Assembly (NCBI GenBank): GCA_000165345.1
Contig: CM000431.1
Span: forward strand, 896,001 to 960,000
DNA length: 64,000 nt
Reading direction: 5' to 3'
Positions 46,690-56,625 of the stretch are shown piece after piece (the first letter of the stretch is position 1; each line of letters opens with the position of its first letter). Under the pieces are notes generated by a model. It did not search any database and was not told the DNA's origin. It saw only the letters and a list, made by a program, of their open reading frames with translations. A program made the position numbers and the translations under genes.

Positions 46690-49116
46690 TTATACAGGAA
46701 TATGTATATCTAATCTTCCAGCTCTAGTAATACTTTCATCTAGCTCAAGGATATGTTTGTTTGAAAATGCAATCACAATAACGTTTTGATTCTTCTTTTC
46801 AACATTATCTAAACAAAGAAGAAGAGTAGTGAGTAGAGTTCTGGAGTCATTGGAATTTTTTGAAGAAAATTGATCATCATTTTGGTTGTTTTCCAAGAAT
46901 ATATTAGACTGAATTAAGTTTTGTGAAGTCCAATTCAAATTAAACATATTTTTAATTTTTTCTTTATGTGAATTAATTCTAAAAGAAATATCATTAAATA
47001 AATTTGGTGAATAATTAATGAAATTTTGGTTTAATTTGGACTCTTTGGAATCATTTGTTAAGCTTAAATCCATATTTTCTTGAAAAGAGAAAGTATCTGT
47101 TTTATTATTTTGAATTATAAAATTATTTGAAATTACATCAATTCCTTCTAGAATAAGTATTGTAGGAATATTTGTATTGAATAGTTGCCTAATATTTTCT
47201 TCAGACTGTCCAACATAAGGACTTAATAAAGTAAGTATATGTTTTTGTACAAGCTTGTAATTAATATATTGTTTTTGGATATATTTAATTAATTCTTGCT
47301 TTACAATAGAAAGTTTACTTCCATTTAAGTTATTTCTACTATTATATATAAGTATTCTTGGAGTAAATTGTTGATTCATTATTTGGTTTATTTTACTATA
47401 TTCATTCTCAAACAATTTGTAAATTATTAATTGATCATTAACTTGTTGTAATATTGATTTAATACTCTCATCTTTAAAACTAAAATCTCCAGTATTTAAA
47501 GTATTAATCTTCCCATCAAATTTTTCCACAGCTCTATTCTTAAATAATAGCATTTCTTTCTCTTGCAAATAATTATTATATAATGTATTATCAATTACTA
47601 AATTTCTAAATAATATTTCCACTACTTTATAAATTAATTTTTTATCTGAAACTCCAAAACATACTCTAATTATCCAATTCACCATATTAATTCCTGTTAA
47701 ATCATCTCCATTTTTTAATAAATCTTCCTTTAATTGCTCAAAACTATGTTTGTTCAAACTTTGATAATACATTAATTCCAAAAATGTGTCATAATTTTTA
47801 TCTAATAATAAAATAGATATATATTCATTCAATTCCTTTTTTAACCTCAAATATCTACAAAGTAACTCCTTTTCATCCAATTCAGTCTCATTATTAATTT
47901 GTTCTAATAGTAATAATTTAACATTTACATGCGAACACTTGGCGCCAAATGTGTGGAAATTATTTCTTGTCATTAAACATTTTAGGTGGTAAGTATTATG
48001 AAAAGAAGGTTTGGAAGAAATATTATTTTTTTTAAAGATATTAACAAGTTCTGGTTTTTGTGAGTCATTGTATTCAATAAGAATCAGTTTTTTAATGCAA
48101 GTAAATTTTGAAAAATGTTCTTCTAGTTGATCAATTAAATTGTCATTAATTGACAAATTTGAAAAAGATGTAATATAATTATACATAAATATATTAATGG
48201 AAATTATATTTTCCAAATTTGAAATATTAAATCTTGTGATTTCCTCTAAAATATCTTTAACTCTCTCAATTATGTTATTTCTAATATTTTTCAAAACTTT
48301 TATGGAAATATTATTCTCCATTACGTATTTATTCAGAATATACGTAGTATCTAAATAAAAATAACTTAAAGCAATATTATTATTATTAATAATGTTTTTA
48401 ATATTATTAATATTTTTAACCATAAAACTTTCAATTTCTAAATTTTTTGATGTATTATTATTTGTGTTAGAATTAAAGTTTAATTGATTCACATTTGGGA
48501 TAATTAATAGGTTTGAAATAAATTTCATGTAGGTATTCTGAAATTCTTCAGAAATTAGTTTATTCTCTTTAATATATTGAATTTGAAAAAAGTAGTATTT
48601 TTCATTTATTAAAAAAGGTAGGATTAAATTATTGAGTATATCTTTTAAATTATATTCTGTTGAAATAAATTTTAAGTAGTAATAGAATTGCCTTTTTAGA
48701 CCCTCCACTAATAAATTCTTATAATTTAGTAAAAATATATCTGATTGAGTAGTTAATTGTGAAAAAAGAGGTCCAGAAAACACAATATCTGATATAATTG
48801 TTCTATTTGTAATATTTAAGCAATTCTCATTTTTTATATATTTAATATATCCTTTATTAAAATGGCTAATACAACTTAGCCCAGAATGAATATACACTAT
48901 ATCTTCTTTACAAGGATTAATATCATTATTAATTTTAAAAAAAATAAGAAATTTCAAATTTTCCAAATTTAACTCGAGTAAAATAATTCTATCATTCTTA
49001 ATATCATCAAAATCATTATTAGTCAATTTATTCACTAGTTCTCTACTAATTAAAGAAATCCCATCTTTGAGGTCTTCTCTAACCTCGATATTGCATGGTA
49101 TTATATATCTTTTCAT
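46690..49116 (-). CDS. hypothetical 808-aa protein with a C-terminal degenerate AAA+ ATPase-like module lacking a Walker A P-loop
   Basis: LLSPYVGQSEENIRQLF..PTILILEGIDVI (Walker-B-like) ... VIVIAFSNKHILELDESITRAGRLDIHIPV parallels AAA yvGesE..vR.lF..iiFiDEiD .. viviaaTNrpd.lD.AllRpGRfDr.i.v. No GxxGxGKT. Confidence 0.65.
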   Translation of the reverse strand: MKRYIIPCNIEVREDLKDGISLISRELVNKLTNNDFDDIKNDRIILLELNLENLKFLIFFKINNDINPCKEDIVYIHSGLSCISHFNKGYIKYIKNENCLNITNRTIISDIVFSGPLFSQLTTQSDIFLLNYKNLLVEGLKRQFYYYLKFISTEYNLKDILNNLILPFLINEKYYFFQIQYIKENKLISEEFQNTYMKFISNLLIIPNVNQLNFNSNTNNNTSKNLEIESFMVKNINNIKNIINNNNIALSYFYLDTTYILNKYVMENNISIKVLKNIRNNIIERVKDILEEITRFNISNLENIISINIFMYNYITSFSNLSINDNLIDQLEEHFSKFTCIKKLILIEYNDSQKPELVNIFKKNNISSKPSFHNTYHLKCLMTRNNFHTFGAKCSHVNVKLLLLEQINNETELDEKELLCRYLRLKKELNEYISILLLDKNYDTFLELMYYQSLNKHSFEQLKEDLLKNGDDLTGINMVNWIIRVCFGVSDKKLIYKVVEILFRNLVIDNTLYNNYLQEKEMLLFKNRAVEKFDGKINTLNTGDFSFKDESIKSILQQVNDQLIIYKLFENEYSKINQIMNQQFTPRILIYNSRNNLNGSKLSIVKQELIKYIQKQYINYKLVQKHILTLLSPYVGQSEENIRQLFNTNIPTILILEGIDVISNNFIIQNNKTDTFSFQENMDLSLTNDSKESKLNQNFINYSPNLFNDISFRINSHKEKIKNMFNLNWTSQNLIQSNIFLENNQNDDQFSSKNSNDSRTLLTTLLLCLDNVEKKNQNVIVIAFSNKHILELDESITRAGRLDIHIPV

Positions 49117-49564
49117 TCAGTCCATCAATTTTGTTATTTTTTTCTTGATTTATTTCCATTTACATTTATAATACATTATTTTGAATGCATATTTTGTATG
49201 TAAACTTTATGTAAAATAAGATAATTTATATTCTACTTATTACGTGTAAAATATAATATATATTATACTAAGCGGCTAATTTCCTTATACAATATTTTAA
49301 TATATAAATTACAAGGAGGAAAAAAAATAGAAATAATAAGAATGAATTCGGGATAAAAAAAGAAATTATAGATAAAATCATAATCTCCAAATAACAAAAT
49401 ATAGAATCTATTATCCTTGATGTAGAATGCCTCTAACTTCTTTCAACAGGCCTTATTCAGTTTCACCTTCCTCTTAGACTATATAAGTACAGTCAAATCT
49501 ATAGAATAGACCTTAAATCATTCGAGTAAATCAATTACAAGATACTTTTCATCATTCGTATATG

Positions 49565-49613
<49 letters not shown>

Positions 49614-49711
49614 AATGATGTTAAATGGAAGGTATTCCAGATTAAAGACCGGAAATAAGCAAAAGAGGATGATGTTTTGAATTTGAGGTCGCTGATGAAG
49701 TATTAAGGATT

Positions 49712-50239
49712 TCATTGAAGAACCTTACGCTTTTGTTTCAAATTGGCTGCTCTAGCCTTACGAGCATCAAGCTGATCTTGTAATGCCTTCTCCTTAAGAT
49801 GTTCTGCCTTAGCGATGTGAATAGCTTCAATCAAGACTCTCTTATTCTTGTATTGGTTACCCTTTGATTTTAAGTAGAATTGTTTGTACATAGTCTTATT
49901 AATTTTGCCAGATTCACGATATTTACGTAAGAGACGTCTTAATACTCTTTGACGACGCATCCATAAGACCTTCTCTGGTCTTCTGGCATCCTTTGTACCT
50001 CTTCTTTTACCAAGACCCATAGAACGACCTTTTCTCTTAGCCTCATGGACTCTACTAATTCTAGCTCTTGAGTGAGTAGCAACAGCCTTCTTCAAGATCA
50101 AACCATCCTTGTATAATTTACGGATACTTTGACGAGAGTTCGCTGTTGAGATTGTGTCCATTTCAGTTGGGTCCAACCATACTCTATTTGCTCCACATTT
50201 TAAAACCTCCTTTGCTAAACGTTTTTGTAATATCAAAGG
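49712..50239 (-). CDS. RPL19: 60S ribosomal protein L19e, exon 2
   Basis: ..[21 protein letters not shown]... K/R-rich L19e body. ttattAG acceptor (minus strand) at 50241-50240. Confidence 0.9.
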   Translation of the reverse strand, partial: PLILQKRLAKEVLKCGANRVWLDPTEMDTISTANSRQSIRKLYKDGLILKKAVATHSRARISRVHEAKRKGRSMGLGKRRGTKDARRPEKVLWMRRQRVLRRLLRKYRESGKINKTMYKQFYLKSKGNQYKNKRVLIEAIHIAKAEHLKEKALQDQLDARKARAANLKQKRKVLQ

Positions 50240-50304
50240 CTAATAATTTAAATAGAAACAAGATGAGTTAATATTATCCAGAATAAAGAAAATTTAAGAT
50301 TCAG
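50240..50304 (-). other. RPL19: intron immediately after the RPL19 start codon
   Basis: GTAAGTTTATTT donor (minus strand), aaattattAG acceptor. Confidence 0.55.
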
Positions 50305-50307
50305 GTG
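50305..50307 (-). CDS. RPL19: RPL19 exon 1, consisting of the ATG start codon only
   Basis: On the minus strand, ATG at 50307-50305 is immediately followed by GTAAGT (plus 50304-50299). A 65-nt intron. Splicing gives [10 protein letters not shown].., restoring the conserved L19e N-terminus. Confidence 0.55.
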
Positions 50308-51305
50308 TGAAAATAAACTTACCATTCTTACTAGTTATTTGATTCCTTTAATCAACGTGAAATTTAACTTTGATTTTTTTTTTAAAAAAAAAGTTTCCTC
50401 CTTTTTTTCCGGTGGATGTTTTTTTTCCCTTGAAGAATATTCACCTTAATTTAAAAAAGAAACAAAATATACTTATTGTCACGTGTATATTTTACGTTGA
50501 CTTTTAATTATTATATTATATTTACTTTAGTATATAATTTATTAATTATTTATTTAAACAAAAAAAAAATAAATATTTGTCTCGTCGGTACCGCTTTAAT
50601 GCCGGTCAATATATTATTATTTTCAAGAAGAAAAAAAAATATTTTTATTTTAAATAAAAATTGTCTCAAAAATGGGCGCCAATTATAACTTATGAATTGA
50701 ATATATAAATAATAATAAATGCATGAATTAGAGGAATTTTTTTTTTGTTCTTATTTAGAATTTCAATTGATAAATACAATTTTAAAATAAAGATTTAGTG
50801 ATATGAAATGAAGATAGAAGAAGATAAAACTTTTAATTGTTGATATTAAATCTTTATTAATTTCTTTTGAGTACTATGTTTTTTTTTTTCTTAATATAAA
50901 AAAAGTTATATACAAATTTAATACTCAATTATAATTATAAGGAAAAAAGATAAGCGCACACAAAATCTTTAGTTATTAAGTATTTATTAAAACCTCAAAG
51001 TTAAATAATATTGCATTATTTGTAAATTAGTATATTTAACCTTTTAAAAGGGTCCTATTTTAAATTGTATAAATAAAATGATTTATCGATTTCTAAAAAA
51101 AAAATCTTAACTTTAATAAGTTGGTCTTGTTAAATTACATTCAATAATTCTAAATAACTTATCTGAAAAATTTTAAAACCAAATATATTATGGCTAACAC
51201 GTAATATATTTATTAATGTAAAATAAAAAGGTTTGCACTTTACCGCCAAAAGTCTAAATAAATATTAATTTAAATATAGGAATAATTTGATCATTATAAA
51301 TTAAT

Positions 51306-52691
51306 ATGGATGGAATACAGGAAAATTTTTCAAAGACTTTAGATATTGATTGTAATTCATCCATTTCATCTGTAGTTTTGACAGAATTTTATGCATTTGT
51401 TGGTTTAATAGGAGAAGAATCAAATGTAAATGTATATTGTTATAAAGATCATGAAGATAATAAAGACAAGAATTATAAACCTAAATATATATTAGAAAAT
51501 AACCATGGTGGGATTTCAAAACTTGTTTTATCTCCCTGTAAGAATTTATTGATGGGTTTAACATGTTATGGATGGATATATATTTGGAATATTGAACAAT
51601 TAGGTAATAATACAAATAATGATGTTGAAATGAGTATAGAAGAAAATAATAATAAATCCAATATTAAGAGTAATATTAATGAATTAACCGAGGAAATTCC
51701 AGTGATAAAGCCAGATATATTCTTTATGAATGGCCATCCTGGTGATTCTATTTGTGTAGAATTTATTAATTCAAAAATAATAATAGCAGCTGGAATTAAT
51801 CCAGGCTCTAGTATTACTTTTATATCAGTAAAAACTGGAAAAAGAGTTGGTCAATATATTTCTAGAAAGAATGAAATATCAGGTCTAGCATGGCCAATGT
51901 ACTATAAATTTGATGAGAAAGAAATTAAAGAACAAAATTTTGAGCTTGCAGTATTTTCTTTTACAAACATTGCCATAGAAAGGTCAAGCTCAAGTGGAGG
52001 ATGTTGGATTGCTCTCGGTGGTTCTAATGGACTTATTACTTTAATATACCTACCATTTGCAACTATTTCAAAGTTTGAAAAGTTATATGAAACCATTAAT
52101 ATTGAAAATGAGGATATTAACTTGTCAAATACAGAATTTCTATGGAAATGCCATCAAGTTAGTGAATTATCTACAGAAATTAAATCATTAATATGGAGAC
52201 CTCGTAATAATAATAATACTGGATTATGTCTTGTATACGGTACCGATGATTCATTATTACGATATTGTTTTATTGAGGCTGAAAATAAAAATATTATGAT
52301 TAAAAAAGTTAATTTAGTAAAAATAACTGATGGCACTTCAACTTGTAGTGAAATTAATTCTATTTCTTTTCCTATGGATGGACAAAATAATTCTATTTTG
52401 GCTGTAGGATTTAATAGATTTTCATCAGCAAAAAGGCATCCAATATTTGCTACTTCAGAAAATTTGACCAAGAAATCTCAGTCATTTTCTTCATTTAAAG
52501 TTTATATTCAAGATGTTATAACTTATTCAAATAATAGTAACAACGCAACATCATCTACGTATACTCATTTCTATTGTATAGGAAATCATTATGATATAAT
52601 TACAAGTGTACATATTAGCCCATGCTGTAGATATATTGCTTCGTCTTCTATTGATGGACATGTACACATATATAAAAAATCAAAGGTTTAG
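51306..52691 (+). CDS. hypothetical protein (461 aa), possible WD40/beta-propeller
   Basis: Repeated segments of the form ..GWIYIWNIEQ.. and SSIDGHVHIYK resemble WD repeats. Assignment is weak. Confidence 0.55.
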   Translation: MDGIQENFSKTLDIDCNSSISSVVLTEFYAFVGLIGEESNVNVYCYKDHEDNKDKNYKPKYILENNHGGISKLVLSPCKNLLMGLTCYGWIYIWNIEQLGNNTNNDVEMSIEENNNKSNIKSNINELTEEIPVIKPDIFFMNGHPGDSICVEFINSKIIIAAGINPGSSITFISVKTGKRVGQYISRKNEISGLAWPMYYKFDEKEIKEQNFELAVFSFTNIAIERSSSSGGCWIALGGSNGLITLIYLPFATISKFEKLYETINIENEDINLSNTEFLWKCHQVSELSTEIKSLIWRPRNNNNTGLCLVYGTDDSLLRYCFIEAENKNIMIKKVNLVKITDGTSTCSEINSISFPMDGQNNSILAVGFNRFSSAKRHPIFATSENLTKKSQSFSSFKVYIQDVITYSNNSNNATSSTYTHFYCIGNHYDIITSVHISPCCRYIASSSIDGHVHIYKKSKV

Positions 52692-52771
52692 TAATTATAG
52701 ACTTCTTATATAGTAGAAAAAAAAAATTATAAACTTATAAATCCTAGCTCAAATTTCATTTAGTGTTATCG

Positions 52772-53182
52772 CTACTTAATTAAACCTTTTATATTTTTCA
52801 TTGAAGTTCCTATAACTTCTCCTCCAAGAATGATCTCATCTATAATTTTCATATACTTCTTATTATTGTAAATCACATCCACATCTGAAATATCACGTGA
52901 ATGACTTCCAAATGCTTCATTTATTAGTTGTATTGTTGCAAGCATAAGCAAAATATTCTCATCAAAATCTACTCCTGTTATCATGAATATTTTCTTATAT
53001 TTTTTAAATATAATTCGTGTATCTCCCAATGTAAAATAAGAAAGATGTTTTTCTTCTAGGCATGAAAGTCTTTCCTTTATAGCTTCCTGTAATCTATTTC
53101 TGTTTTCAATATTTTCTGAATTATACCACTTTGAAAATATTGTACTTCCACTTAAATTTTGAATAATAAAGAAATGGATCAT
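52772..53182 (-). CDS. clathrin adaptor complex small (sigma) subunit
   Basis: MIHFFIIQNLSGSTIFSKWY matches the AP sigma N-terminus MIxFxLLxxRQGKxRLxKWY. C-terminal IIDEIILGGEVIGTSMKNI matches ILDElllGGeiqeTSkk. Confidence 0.7.
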   Translation of the reverse strand: MIHFFIIQNLSGSTIFSKWYNSENIENRNRLQEAIKERLSCLEEKHLSYFTLGDTRIIFKKYKKIFMITGVDFDENILLMLATIQLINEAFGSHSRDISDVDVIYNNKKYMKIIDEIILGGEVIGTSMKNIKGLIK

Positions 53183-53722
53183 TTTCTTTGTTTATTTTCC
53201 ACTTTTTATTAATTAATATTAGTACAATAATGAATACTGGTTCTCATTAAAATGTAAGAATTTTCAGAACTTCTTCATTTCAATAAATATTAGAAATTAT
53301 TTTATTCTTATTATTAAGACTTTTTCTTATAGAATTTTTTTATTTTATTTTTATTTTTTTAATCGTTTTTAGCTTGCAATTATGCCGGTATAGGAAATCG
53401 GACTTTTTAAAAAAAACATTTGCACCCCACATTTTACCGCCACACGTAATTAGTAATTTTTACATGAATTAATTAAACATGGGATATAATTATCAATGTA
53501 AAAATAAATTATTAAAAAAAAAAAAAAAAAAGTTGACAATAGAAATTCGTGGAAAAATTAATTTATAATTAAGAATTTTCATTCGAGAATATTAATAATA
53601 AGATTTCAATAATTTCAATCAAGTTTGAATTGAGGTGAAAAAGTGAAAATAGGGAACAGAAAAGGACTTGTGTGAATTGATGAATTCAAGAAAATTGCAT
53701 CTACAACTATTTTTGAGCTAAA

Positions 53723-56200
53723 ATGACCGGTAAATGCCTAGATTCATTATTTAATGAGGAAGATGATATGAATGAAATTATTGAAACAGAGGATTCAATT
53801 ATAGATTCAAAGGAAACAATTATTAATGAAAAAATATCCCTAGATAGTATTTTAGGAAGAGAATTAATGAGTAATGTTAAGAAAGATGAGAAAAGATCCA
53901 AAAAAATAAAGTTAGACTCAAATATTCAACAAAAGTTATCGTTTAATTTTGGGACTGGAAACACACCTTCTAGTGTTAATAAAAGTAAGCCTACAAAGCT
54001 TGAGAAAGTTCCAGAGAATGAGGAAAGTGGAGATTCTTGTACCAAGAATGGATCTGAAAGTTTAAGTAAAAAGATAAAACCTAGTAATGCAGGCCTCTTT
54101 TCACCATTTTCTATTAATATTACAACAGGAGATGAAGACATTCAAAGTCCAATGTTTGATCCTTGTAATATTAGCAAGGAAAAGATAATGGCAAAAGGGA
54201 AAAGTAATTCAATATTATTTTCTGTGTTGACTGATGCCTTTTCAAGGATAGAGCAACTAAAAGGAAGTGGATCTGGTAGCAAAAAGGGTTGTATAGTAAT
54301 CCTAGCAAATTTATTTCGACTGATAATACATCATAATCCAAGTGATTTAATTGATGCAGTTTATATTTGTATGAATAAAGTTGCTCCTGATTATGAAGGG
54401 AAAGAATCAGGAGTTGGTGATTCTATTCTAATAAAATGTATATCAGAGTCTTCTGATAAGTCAGAGAAGAGAATTAAAGAGGATCAAATTAGTGGAAAAT
54501 TTGAAGATTTAGGTGAAATTGCAGCAATCTGCAAGAAACAAATGAGGCTTCTTTTTGAACCACAAAGATTAACAATACACGATGTTTATAGTGACTTGTA
54601 TTCACTTACGGAGATCACAGGTAAACAATCTCAACAACTTAAGAAAGATAAGATCAAGAAATTATTAGTTTCTGGCAAACAGGATGAAGTTAAATATATC
54701 GTAAGATTTTTACAGGGAAGATTAAGAATTGGAATACAACAAACCACTGTTTATCAGGCATTAGCAAGCGCATTTGTGTTAACAAAGAATATTCCAGGGG
54801 ATAATTTGGCTAGTTTTTCTGATTATAGACTTGCAAAAAATGAGAAAAAATATAAGAATCTACAAGAATTAGATTGCGAAATACTCGAAATGGAAACCTC
54901 ACTTAGATCATCTCTTTGTCAGCTTCCAAATATCGAAAAGATCATTAATGTTGCCATTCAAGGAGCCTCTAGCGATGAAATTTCTGCTAAATGCAAACTT
55001 ACCACTGGAATACCTTGCGAACCTATGCTTGCAAGACCTACAAAAGGCATTCAAGATGTTCTAAATAGATTTGAAAACTTTCTTTTTACTGCTGAGTATA
55101 AATATGATGGTGAAAGAGCTCAAATACACGTATATAAGGACAAATCTAATAAAAGAGTGATTAAAATCTTCACTCGTAATTTAGAGTCTGCTACTGATAG
55201 GTATCCAGATTTGATTCAATATTTAAATCAATCACTCAATTCGAGTGTAGAAGATTGTATTTTAGACTCTGAAGTTGTTGCATACTCTAAAAGTGAGGAT
55301 AAGATTTTACCATTTCAAGTTCTGAGTACAAGAAAAAGAAAGAATGTTGCTTTTGATGATATACAGATACAAATATGTTTAATGCTTTTTGATTGCATGG
55401 GGTTTAATGGAGAATCTTTACTAAAAAAGTCACTCTTTGAAAGAAGACAATATTTGAGAAAATGTATCAATGAGGGTCAATCTGAGTATATTAAATTTAC
55501 TACAAGTACTGAAACTAATAAACTTGATCATTTAGATTCTTTCCTTTCTGAATCTATTGAAAATAATTGTGAGGGACTCATGGTTAAGACTTTGCATGAT
55601 AATGCAAGCTATGAACCTTCAAAAAGATCTCTTAACTGGTTAAAAATTAAGAAAGATTATGTGGATGGACTTACTGATAGTATTGATGTTGTTCCTATTG
55701 CAGCATGTTATGGAAAAGGTAAAAGAAATGGGGTTTTTGGAACTTTTCTATTAGCTGTTTACAATACAGAGGAGGAGGTATATGAAACTGTATGTAAGGC
55801 AGGAACAGGATTTTCTGATGAAATTTTACAATCGTTATACACAAGTTTGAAAGACCATATTATTGCAGAAGGTGCCCCAAAAAGTTACTATAAGTTTGAC
55901 TCAAGTGGACAATTATCTTCACTCAAACAAGATGTTTGGTTTGAACCAAAATTTGTATGGGAAGTTAAAGGTGCTGATTTATCACTATCTCCTGTGCATA
56001 CAGCAGCTATAGGCACTATTGATGAAAACAGAGGAATAGGACTTCGATTTCCAAGATTTATAAGAATTAGAGATGATAAGTCTCCAGAACAAGCTACTTC
56101 ATCAATTCAAATTATGGAAATGTATAACAGTCAATTGATAACTAATAATACAAAGAACGAGACCAATTTCAGTGATGATCAATTCCAAGAAGATGATTAG
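53723..56200 (+). CDS. LIG1: ATP-dependent DNA ligase I
   Basis: Active-site EYKYDGERAQIH (KYDGER). Adenylation and OB-fold blocks (LMVK, NWLKIKKDY). 825 aa. Confidence 0.95.
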   Translation: MTGKCLDSLFNEEDDMNEIIETEDSIIDSKETIINEKISLDSILGRELMSNVKKDEKRSKKIKLDSNIQQKLSFNFGTGNTPSSVNKSKPTKLEKVPENEESGDSCTKNGSESLSKKIKPSNAGLFSPFSINITTGDEDIQSPMFDPCNISKEKIMAKGKSNSILFSVLTDAFSRIEQLKGSGSGSKKGCIVILANLFRLIIHHNPSDLIDAVYICMNKVAPDYEGKESGVGDSILIKCISESSDKSEKRIKEDQISGKFEDLGEIAAICKKQMRLLFEPQRLTIHDVYSDLYSLTEITGKQSQQLKKDKIKKLLVSGKQDEVKYIVRFLQGRLRIGIQQTTVYQALASAFVLTKNIPGDNLASFSDYRLAKNEKKYKNLQELDCEILEMETSLRSSLCQLPNIEKIINVAIQGASSDEISAKCKLTTGIPCEPMLARPTKGIQDVLNRFENFLFTAEYKYDGERAQIHVYKDKSNKRVIKIFTRNLESATDRYPDLIQYLNQSLNSSVEDCILDSEVVAYSKSEDKILPFQVLSTRKRKNVAFDDIQIQICLMLFDCMGFNGESLLKKSLFERRQYLRKCINEGQSEYIKFTTSTETNKLDHLDSFLSESIENNCEGLMVKTLHDNASYEPSKRSLNWLKIKKDYVDGLTDSIDVVPIAACYGKGKRNGVFGTFLLAVYNTEEEVYETVCKAGTGFSDEILQSLYTSLKDHIIAEGAPKSYYKFDSSGQLSSLKQDVWFEPKFVWEVKGADLSLSPVHTAAIGTIDENRGIGLRFPRFIRIRDDKSPEQATSSIQIMEMYNSQLITNNTKNETNFSDDQFQEDD

Positions 56201-56625
56201 TTTCCAAAGTGAAGAAAAAGAGACTAAATTGACTTCAATAATATCAGTTATTAATATTAAATAAAATGTCTAAATTAGCTAAACAATTTGTTTCTACCTA
56301 TAAAATTCCCAGTTAAAAATTGAAATTATAATTATTTCAAAGCTAAAAATATGTAGAAAGATATTCAAGAGCGAAAATAGCATAAGAGTTTCAAAAAACA
56401 TTAACAAATATGATAATAATAATTACTTGCCAACAGAAAGATGTGATAAATTATTGAATTTTCATCCCATTTCAAATAAATTTGAATTTGAAAGTTTGAA
56501 TGGAATTGTGTATTTAATGAATTTTTGGTATTTCTAATAATTGGTTCAGAATATGAATAATATTTATTGTTTCTAATTTACTTATTGAAATCCTCATAAT
56601 ATGAAGATATCTAGTATACATTCTT

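Noticed and set aside
50476-50688. 70-aa ORF in the RPL19 / WD-repeat divergent spacer
   Set aside because: AT-rich noise ORF (N, I, L, K). It overlaps the GGCGCC promoter box.
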